Shown here: positions 1 through 7,800 of the stretch, piece by piece | Layout: every line of letters starts with the position of its first letter | Numbering within the stretch: the first letter of the stretch is position 1 | NCBI GenBank assembly: GCA_029932765.1 | Contig: JAOZPM010000004.1 | Span: forward strand, 4,463 to 46,450 | Reading direction: 5' to 3' | Origin: Bacteroidales bacterium | GTDB taxonomy: Bacteria > Bacteroidota > Bacteroidia > Bacteroidales > UBA1556 | DNA length: 41,988 bases | The notes under the pieces: model-generated | Told to the model about the DNA's origin: nothing | Database searches by the model: none | What the model saw: the letters and a program-made list of their open reading frames with translations, nothing else | Translations under genes and position numbers: made by a program

Positions 1-63
1 TTTTTTCGCTTATTTTATAAAAGTGAAAAATAAATAAATGGGAATTCAGCATATCTACTAAAA

Positions 64-1002
64 TTATAGCGATAATGAAACACCTATGCCAAATGTTTGT
101 TTTGATTGCAGACGAGGACCAACAATTTCCTTTATTCCATCGCCGTTTATGTCTTGTTTAATAATAGCATCATCATCATAAAGTATATCTAATGAGAATG
201 TTGCTATGAAATGTTCAGAGATTTTATAAGTTAAAAATGTGACCCAATTAATATCTATATTTTCAGGATTTTCTACAAAAGAGGAGAATAGCTCTAGCTT
301 AGAACTAATACTAAAACCATTTTCAAATTCTTTTTGATAATGAAATTTCACAAAAGCCCCAGGCTCACTTCTGAACCGTTGTGCAGGCACTATTATATTC
401 CCACTAGTATCCAATATCGCTTTTTTCACTCCGAAGTTTCCATCATTAGCTAATTCTATATTATTTACAATTGTTAGCTTATATGTAAGAGGATTCACTA
501 GAATTGATAGTTCTTCAATTGGGTGATAATCCATTCCTGCACCAGCCATAAAATAACCTGGTGCCATGAAGTCTGATACTATTGTTGAGTCGTTAGGGTA
601 TTTATAACCAGCAGAAAATTGTGATGAAAAACTAAGGTAATATGAATATCTCCATTTTTTATGAACTTCATAACCAAATTTAGAGGCATAATCTAATTTG
701 TCATCAGTCTTTTTGGTGTTCATATCTGAAAAGAATAGGGTGCCATACTTGGCCTCAATATTATTTTCCCATGTGGCTTTATCTTTTGAATATTGTAATC
801 TATAATGTAGAATCGTATTTATGTTTATTTGATTTTCACCACCATTAGCCCAATTTGTGAAAGAAGTTTGACCCACATTTAATGAAAATATACCGCTGGA
901 GCGCCAAGTGCTATCACGAGATAGTATTCTTTCGCTCTGAGATATTGCCTCGGTGCTAACTAACAGCAATATGGAGAATAATATGTAGGTAAGTCTTAAC
1001 AA
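64..1002 (-). CDS. DUF3078-family outer-membrane beta-barrel protein
   Basis: TTG start and signal peptide. Family-like motifs QTSFTNWANGG, WENNIEAKYG, KTDDKL, SQFSAGYKYP, SDFMAPGY, ENIDINW, LDILYDDD and a terminal beta-strand GIGVSLSL. Confidence 0.8.
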   Translation of the reverse strand: MLRLTYILFSILLLVSTEAISQSERILSRDSTWRSSGIFSLNVGQTSFTNWANGGENQININTILHYRLQYSKDKATWENNIEAKYGTLFFSDMNTKKTDDKLDYASKFGYEVHKKWRYSYYLSFSSQFSAGYKYPNDSTIVSDFMAPGYFMAGAGMDYHPIEELSILVNPLTYKLTIVNNIELANDGNFGVKKAILDTSGNIIVPAQRFRSEPGAFVKFHYQKEFENGFSISSKLELFSSFVENPENIDINWVTFLTYKISEHFIATFSLDILYDDDAIIKQDINGDGIKEIVGPRLQSKQTFGIGVSLSL

Positions 1003-1024
1003 ATGTTCTTCAAATTATAGTTGG

Positions 1025-1032
1025 CAAAAGTA
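1025..1032 (-). promoter_or_regulatory. Bacteroidota -7 promoter element (TACTTTTG) for the DUF3078 gene
   Basis: Matches TAnnTTTG about 22 nt upstream of the start codon. Confidence 0.55.
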
Positions 1033-1067
1033 AATAAAAACTATAGATGCATTAAAATTTAAAAGAT

Positions 1068-1114
1068 AAAAAAAGCACCATTATAATAACAAAAAGTTGG
1101 TATAATGGTGCTTT
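1068..1114 (-). terminator. Intrinsic terminator after the LKR-like gene
   Basis: Inverted repeat AAAGCACCATTATA (1072-1085) / TATAATGGTGCTTT (1101-1114). The A-run at 1068-1074 gives a U-tail on the minus strand. Confidence 0.75.
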
Positions 1115-1136
1115 ATATAACGAGGTCCTCTATGTA

Positions 1137-2441
1137 TTATTTTAAGAAGTCTTCCATATATTTATAATTAGGAGTAAAATCTCCTTTATGAAGTATTAAT
1201 GCTCTTTTAAAAGGCTCAGGAATATCTAATTCGTCAAAACTTAAGTCAAAATTAGTATTAGCTAAACCTGTGATATATGGTTTTAATGCTTCACTAAAAG
1301 CCTCTGAAGCTTCTTTTGGTAGTTCTGATGGTAATATGTCTACAGCCATAGTTAGTATTCCTTTGCCCGAAAACCCCATAGTAGCGGCTCTAGTTTCAGG
1401 ATTATAAACATATACAGGGTCTTCTATATAAGTGCCCAAATGTGTAGATTCAATAGAGCCATCAGGGTCGCAAGTTACATCTCCAATTACACATAGTTTA
1501 GAATTACCTTCTTTGTTTAATTTATAAAGAAGATCCTTTGTAATGATTCTAGGGTATTCAGGAGCCCAGTACATACAATTCATAAGTATGCTTATTTCTG
1601 GAACATACTGTTCAAAGTTGTTTTTGTAAAATTCTGGATGATTATAATAATGTTGTAATTCAAAATCCATTGAACTATCCTTTGGTTTTGAAATATGCTC
1701 TTCTTTAAATACCACTTTATATACACAATCGTTGCGGTATTCTTTATTTGTACGTAATGAAAGTAGCTCTTCAGGGCTTATTTCTACCGTTGGCATTATA
1801 TCTGAAATCTCTTGTGCGCCTTTTGATACGTTTCCATAACCAGTAAATCCAATTGTAAGAGGAGCTAAATCATCATTTAGTCCATTTTGTTTTAGATTAT
1901 TTGCTGCAATTTTGATATCACTAATTGCATCTTCTAAACTTTTGTATTTATGCGATTGCTTTAGATGATTAAAAGGAGACTCAACACCATTTAGTTTACA
2001 GCGTTGACCGTATGACCAAAAGGAGTTAATCATTCCTGCTAAACCAGCAAAACGACCAAAAAAGATAAGACGTTTGCCTTCATCATCGGTTATTTTTTCA
2101 TATTCAATAAGGTTGATCTTCTTTTCTATCATACGTTTCAATAAAGGCATATTATAATCTTGTCCTTTAATGGTATGCGAGAAAAAAACATAAGTCTTAT
2201 CTTCTTCAAAAAAATCAATAGGCATTTCTTTAACCCCAAAAATAATATCAGGCTTATCTAATTTAGGGACTACGCTAATTCCTGATTTTTTATAATCTTC
2301 ATCTGAGAAAACACGTTTAGAAGAACTCTCTACTTCGAAAGTAATGTCATTATGACTTAAGTCAGACATATGCTTTGGAATAATAGCAACCCTTCGTTCC
2401 ATTAAATATTTATCCTCTATACGAATGCCTATTTTTTTCAT
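1137..2441 (-). CDS. Lysine-ketoglutarate reductase / saccharopine dehydrogenase-like protein (AlaDH/PNT family)
   Basis: Motifs ERRVAIIP, GVKEMP, FFSHTIKGQ..NMPLL, IEYEKI..G.RLIFFG.FAG.AG, GFTGYGNVSKGA, GDVTCDPDGSIE and MAVDILPSELP.EAS resemble the LKR domain of AASS-like enzymes. Confidence 0.85.
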   Translation of the reverse strand: MKKIGIRIEDKYLMERRVAIIPKHMSDLSHNDITFEVESSSKRVFSDEDYKKSGISVVPKLDKPDIIFGVKEMPIDFFEEDKTYVFFSHTIKGQDYNMPLLKRMIEKKINLIEYEKITDDEGKRLIFFGRFAGLAGMINSFWSYGQRCKLNGVESPFNHLKQSHKYKSLEDAISDIKIAANNLKQNGLNDDLAPLTIGFTGYGNVSKGAQEISDIMPTVEISPEELLSLRTNKEYRNDCVYKVVFKEEHISKPKDSSMDFELQHYYNHPEFYKNNFEQYVPEISILMNCMYWAPEYPRIITKDLLYKLNKEGNSKLCVIGDVTCDPDGSIESTHLGTYIEDPVYVYNPETRAATMGFSGKGILTMAVDILPSELPKEASEAFSEALKPYITGLANTNFDLSFDELDIPEPFKRALILHKGDFTPNYKYMEDFLK

Positions 2442-2518
2442 TTATAAATATTTTTTATGATTTAATTGTGTTTGTTTCTATGTCTAGAGTCAAACTTGCT
2501 TATTGTTTATCAGGGTGG

Positions 2519-2526
2519 CAAAGATA
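2519..2526 (-). promoter_or_regulatory. -7 element (TATCTTTG) for the LKR-like gene
   Basis: TAnnTTTG match on the minus strand in the divergent intergenic region. Confidence 0.5.
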
Positions 2527-2646
2527 GCTAAAATGCGTAATAATATAACATTAGTGATGTGTTTTGTTTTTATTTGTATAATATTATTAATCAAAGCAAT
2601 ATCCTAAATTGAGGGATTTCTTTTAATCATATTTTTTAAAAAAAAA

Positions 2647-2682
2647 TATATTTGACTTTAGGGTTTTATATTTGTATATTTG
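2647..2682 (+). promoter_or_regulatory. Bacteroidota sigma-A promoter for the beta-helix/T9SS operon
   Basis: TTTG (2651-2654), a 20-nt spacer and TATATTTG (2675-2682) fit the -33/-7 consensus. TATATTTG occurs three times (2647, 2667, 2675). Confidence 0.65.
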
Positions 2683-2741
2683 TAGTTCGAAGTTGCAGAA
2701 TAGAATTACCTTATATTAATTATAATAAAAATATAAATCTT

Positions 2742-3767
2742 ATGAAAAAGTTACTCCTTCTTTTAACTGTTATCCTAATAACAACAAACTTAAACGCTAC
2801 AATAATAAATGTAGATAGCGACCCAAATAGACCAACAGGCTATTATGGTGATTTGCAGTTAGCCTTAAATAATGCATCGCCTGGCGACAGTATTTACCTT
2901 TATCCGTCCAATAATTCCTATGGAACTATAACTATTGAAAAGCAAATTCATATTTTTGGTGTTGGCTTTGTAGGTTCCTCTGGAGGCTCTCTTTCGCGAA
3001 TTGGAAATATTAATCTTGATTCTTCAACTACTGTATCGGGCAATCCATCGGGTTCATCATTTCAAGGCTTATATTTTTCATCTTTAAGCTGTCAAAGAAA
3101 GAATATTACTAATATTATAGTTTCTGGAAATGAGTTTTCTACAATATCGTTACAATACAATTGCTCAGGTTGGTTAATTGTAAATAATTTATTATCGGGA
3201 TATATTTCTGTTAATAATAACTCTTCAATGATAATCACTAATAATATTTTTAGAAGTAGTACATATGGTATTAGTTCAAGTAATTCTACCTCTGTTATCA
3301 TATCGCATAATATGTTTTTTTATTGGCAAAATTTTAATTCAGTTCATAATGCTATTATCTCTGATAATATATTTATGTTTAATACCGCAACGCCCACCAG
3401 CTCATCAATGTCACATAATATTTTCAATAACAATTTGGGGTGGCGATCTGCATTAAACCCTGCAGTATTACCTCCTGAGGGTAATAGCGGAAGTGGTAAT
3501 ATCCCTAATCAAGATCCTTTATTTGAAACTGGTCCTTCTAATACGTCTTACGACTATACCAAAGATTATCATTTACAGAGTACATCTCCAGGCAAGAATG
3601 CGGCTTCAGATGGAAGCGATATTGGTATTTATGGAGGGAGTACTCCTTTCGTTTGGGGAGGGATTTATTCTATTCCTAAAATAACTATGACTAATATTAC
3701 CAATCCAGTAATAAACCAATCTACACCAATTAATGTAAATATTAAAGCCAAGAAAGCAGGGCTATAA
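2742..3767 (+). CDS. Secreted right-handed parallel beta-helix protein, paralog A (341 aa from ATG 2742)
   Basis: MKKLLLLL signal peptide at 2742; the TTG at 2652 lies inside the promoter. N-cap LQLALNNASPGDSIYLYP, Asn-ladder repeats (IIVSGNEF, LIVNNLL, IITNNIF, IISHNMF, IISDNIF), C-cap DPLF..DYHLQSTSP..DGSDIG. No T9SS CTD. Confidence 0.85.
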   Translation: MKKLLLLLTVILITTNLNATIINVDSDPNRPTGYYGDLQLALNNASPGDSIYLYPSNNSYGTITIEKQIHIFGVGFVGSSGGSLSRIGNINLDSSTTVSGNPSGSSFQGLYFSSLSCQRKNITNIIVSGNEFSTISLQYNCSGWLIVNNLLSGYISVNNNSSMIITNNIFRSSTYGISSSNSTSVIISHNMFFYWQNFNSVHNAIISDNIFMFNTATPTSSSMSHNIFNNNLGWRSALNPAVLPPEGNSGSGNIPNQDPLFETGPSNTSYDYTKDYHLQSTSPGKNAASDGSDIGIYGGSTPFVWGGIYSIPKITMTNITNPVINQSTPINVNIKAKKAGL

Positions 3768-3809
3768 AAATAAATTGAATCATTATAAATTATTTAAAAT
3801 TATAAAATT

Positions 3810-4835
3810 ATGAAAAAATATATACTTTTTGCCTTAATGCTTACTTTTGCTATAATAGCTGAAGCTACAGTAATAAATGTTGATAATAAATCTAATAGAC
3901 CCAGTGGATATGTTAAGAGCTTGCAACTTGCAATCACTAATTCGTCGGTAGGAGATACAATCTATGTTTATCCATCGAACCAATCATATGGTGCTATAAC
4001 TATTACAAAAGAATTGCATATTTTTGGTTTTGGCTATGATGGCACTAGTGGTGCTGTTTCTAAGGTTGATCATATTTATCTTGATACAATAGCTACGCCT
4101 TCAACCACATCGTCAGGCACAACAATACAAGGGTTTACCGTAGGCGCTTTAACTTGTTCTAAACCTTATATATCGGATATTGTCATTTCAGGAAATAGCT
4201 TTACTAGCTATTTAAATTTGGGTGCAAATTGCTCGGGTTGGTTAATTACAAATAACTACCTAGACGATATAAGTCTAAATAATAATACATCCATTGTTGT
4301 TTCTAATAATGTATTTAGAAGTCATCCTTATGGCATATATACAAGTAATTCTTCATCTGTAGTTATTTCCAATAATTTATTTATGCAATGGTCTCGTTTT
4401 AGCAATGTTCATAATGCAACGGTAAGCAATAATATATTTATTTGCAATGCAAATACTTATGTCGGTACAGATATGACAAATAATGTTTTTAATAATAATA
4501 TTACTTATTGTTCTAATTCAAGTTATTCTTATACACTGCCTACAAGTGGTAATTCAGGTGCTGGAAATCTTAGTAATCAGAATCCAGTTTTTGTTACAGG
4601 AACAATAAATTCAACTTATGATTATTCAAAAGATTATAATCTACAATCCACATCGCCAGGAATAGATGCAGGAACAGATGGGAGTGATATTGGTGAATAT
4701 GGTGGTAATAACCCATTTGTTTGGGGTGGTGCTTTTACTATTCCAAAAGTAACTCAACTTAATATTGTTAACCCTATTATTAATCAAGGAACTAATATAG
4801 ATATAAACGTAAAGGCAAAGAAAGCAGATTTATAA
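3810..4835 (+). CDS. Secreted right-handed parallel beta-helix protein, paralog B (341 aa)
   Basis: Signal peptide; colinear with the upstream paralog (LQLAI..GDTIYVYPS, CSGWLI.NN, YDYSKDYNLQSTSPG, GSDIG.YGG..PFVWGG, IPK..KAKKA.L). Confidence 0.88.
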   Translation: MKKYILFALMLTFAIIAEATVINVDNKSNRPSGYVKSLQLAITNSSVGDTIYVYPSNQSYGAITITKELHIFGFGYDGTSGAVSKVDHIYLDTIATPSTTSSGTTIQGFTVGALTCSKPYISDIVISGNSFTSYLNLGANCSGWLITNNYLDDISLNNNTSIVVSNNVFRSHPYGIYTSNSSSVVISNNLFMQWSRFSNVHNATVSNNIFICNANTYVGTDMTNNVFNNNITYCSNSSYSYTLPTSGNSGAGNLSNQNPVFVTGTINSTYDYSKDYNLQSTSPGIDAGTDGSDIGEYGGNNPFVWGGAFTIPKVTQLNIVNPIINQGTNIDINVKAKKADL

Positions 4836-4853
4836 ACTCAAAACTTAGGAATT

Positions 4854-7800
4854 ATGACACGACTTATCCGAAATACTATCGGAGTAGTGCTTTGCCTTTT
4901 CTTTGTTTTGCCACAGTTAAATGCCCAGCAAATACAATATGCAGAATATTTCTTCGATAACGACCCCGGCAGAGGTAATGCAATATCAGTTAGCATCACC
5001 CAGGCCAACACAATAGATGCTTCGTATAGCATCTCAACATCTAGCCTTAGCTCAGGCATGCACTTTTTGTACTTTAGAGTGCAAGATACAGATGCAAATT
5101 GGAGTTTAAGTGATTCACGGCTTTTATATATTTCTAGCACAAATGCTTGTGATATTTCTGCCGCAGAGTATTTTATTGATAGCGACCCTGGTAAAGGGGC
5201 CGCAACATCAGTGTCAATAAGTGCTGGTGCTAATATCGATATTACAGAATCTATTGCAACATCAGGCCTTAGTACGGGCATTCATTTTCTTTATTTTAGA
5301 GTTAAAAATGATGATGGTGTATGGAGCTTAACAGATTCTAAATTATTATATATATCTGCAAATAGCTCTACACAAGATATTACTAAAGCAGAATATTTTA
5401 TTGATACTGACCCAGGTTTTGGAAATGCTACTGATGTTTCTATAAGCGCGGGAGCAACTATTAATATTAATGAGAGTATTAATACATCTAGCTTAGGAAC
5501 AGGTATCCATTTTCTTCATTTTAGAGTAAAAGATGCTAATGACGTTTGGAGTCTTACCGATTCTAGATTATTGTATATTTCTGCAAATAGCTCTACACAA
5601 GATATTACTAAAGCAGAATACTTTATTGATACTGACCCTGGTTTTGGGAATGCTACTGATGTTTCCATAAGTGCAGGAGCAACTATCAATATAAATGAGA
5701 ATATTATTACATCAAGTTTAGGTGCAGGTATTCATTATCTATATTTTAGAGTAAAAAATGCTGATGGAGTTTGGAGTCTTACCGATTCTCGTCTAATGTA
5801 CGTTACAGAGAGTAATTCGAGCAGCGATATTGTAGCTGCAGAATACTTTTTTGATAACGACCCAGGAATAGGGAATGCTTCTTCGCTTACTGTTGCTGCT
5901 GATAGTGCTGTGGATATTAGTTCATCTGTATCTATATCGGCATTAAATGCTGGTTTGCATAATTTATATGTAAGGGTAAAAGATGGTAATGGTAAATGGA
6001 GTCTTGCTGCACAGCAGTTATTATATAAATCAGAAAGTATTATTAATGGTAATTTAATCTCTGCAGAATACTTTTTCGATACTGATCCAGGTTTTGGAGC
6101 TGCTTCATCAATTTCTATTACTCCTGCTGATAGTATTAATATTATAGCTACTCTCAATACAAATGGTCTTGAGGCTGGTATTCATAAGCTTAATATAAGA
6201 GTTAAGGATGTAAATGGACTATGGAGTTTGAACTCTAAACGTATGCTTTATTTAATGGCAGGAGAATTATCTTCACCCAGAATTACTGCTCTTGAATACT
6301 ATTTTGACCAAGACCCAGGATTAGGTAATGGAAGCTCTATTAGCCTTACGCCAAATGATGTTATTGATGTTACTGATGCTATTGCATCTTCATCATTAAC
6401 TATGGGAAACCATATGTTTTATGTAAGAGCTCAAGACTCATTAGGGCGATGGAGCCTAAGCGATAAACGCTTGGTTTATGTTAGTCCTGATATGGCTAGT
6501 CAAGTAATTGTTGCCATAGAATACTCTGTGGATACAATAATGCCATGGGGGCAAGGAACTATTGTAAATGTAAGCTCAGCTGATAGTTTGGATGAAATTT
6601 TTACTTTTAATCATGGATTGTCGGATACGCTATATCATGCTTTATATACTCGCGTAAAAGATGCTGGTGGAAGGTGGAGTATGCTAGATTCTATACATTT
6701 TAGAATGGAAAATTGTATTATTCCTACTGCAATATTTTATGTAAATAATTTATGTTTAGGCGATTCCATAACCTTATATAATAACTCATTGGATATTGAT
6801 ACAGCTACTGTTTACGAATGGAATATTGGTAATAATAACATTGTAGAATCTACCGACTCCATAGAGTTTAAGATAGGGTTTGCACAAGTTGGCACTTACG
6901 ATATTCTATTGAAAGTAACAAATATGGTTTGTATTGATACAATGCTTAAATCTATAACAGTACACCCTCGACCAGCAAAAGATATTTCTTCTTTTGGAGA
7001 TGTGAACTTTTGCCCCGGTAGTTTTAGTGTGCTTTCTGCAAATACTGGTGTTGGTTATCAATACCAATGGTATAAAAATGGAAGTATGATTACTAATGCC
7101 AATTCAAGTTTCTACCAGGCTCAAGACTCTGGTAGTTATTCTGCCGCAATAAGTAATATTTATAATTGTAGTGATACAACTGCAGCTATTGATATTAGTG
7201 TATACGACTTGCCAACAGCAACAGTAACCTTAATGGGGAATAATTCTTTCTGTAATGGTGATTCTGTAGTTTTAAGTGCAAATCAGGATGCTGGTTTAAC
7301 TTATATATGGTATCGTAATGGAAGTATTATTATTGGAGAAAATTACTCTACAATAGCTGTTAGCAATGCTGGCGACTATAAAGTTGAAATAAGTAATACA
7401 AATGGATGTAGCGATATGTCGTCAACAATAAGTATTAGTGTTAATCCACTTCCAACCTCAGGAATATCATCGGGTGGAGCACTAACATTCTGCGATGGCA
7501 ATAATGTACTTCTTTATGGAAGTAATGGTGTTGGCTATTCTTATCAATGGTATAAAAATGATACTGCCATTTCTGGCTCTACTTCATCATTTGTTTCAGC
7601 ACTAGAGTCGGGAGAGTATAAGGTGTATATCGAAAACACTTATCAATGTGGAGATACCTCATCAAGCTTAACCGTAATTGTGAACCCAAGCCCAGTTTCA
7701 AATATTCAATTATTAGGAACACAGGCTATATGTATGGGCGATACTGCTGAGTTAGTAGCACCTACAATGCAAGGATTAACATATCAATGGAGAAGCTATG

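Noticed and set aside
2652-2741. 30-aa N-terminal extension of the first beta-helix ORF from TTG 2652
   Set aside because: It overlaps the promoter motif. ATG 2742 gives a canonical signal peptide and the same length as the paralog.
3092-6157. Short alternative-frame or antisense ORFs (3092-3301, 3265-3456, 3493-3684, 4838-5281, 5735-6157)
   Set aside because: They overlap well-supported genes and have no motifs. The periodicity in the antisense ORFs simply mirrors the sense-strand repeats.
4926-6710. Repeat array as a CRISPR array or a DGR template/variable repeat pair
   Set aside because: The repeats are in-frame 225-bp coding units with no spacers. Differences are mostly synonymous and not adenine-specific, and no cas or reverse transcriptase gene is present.
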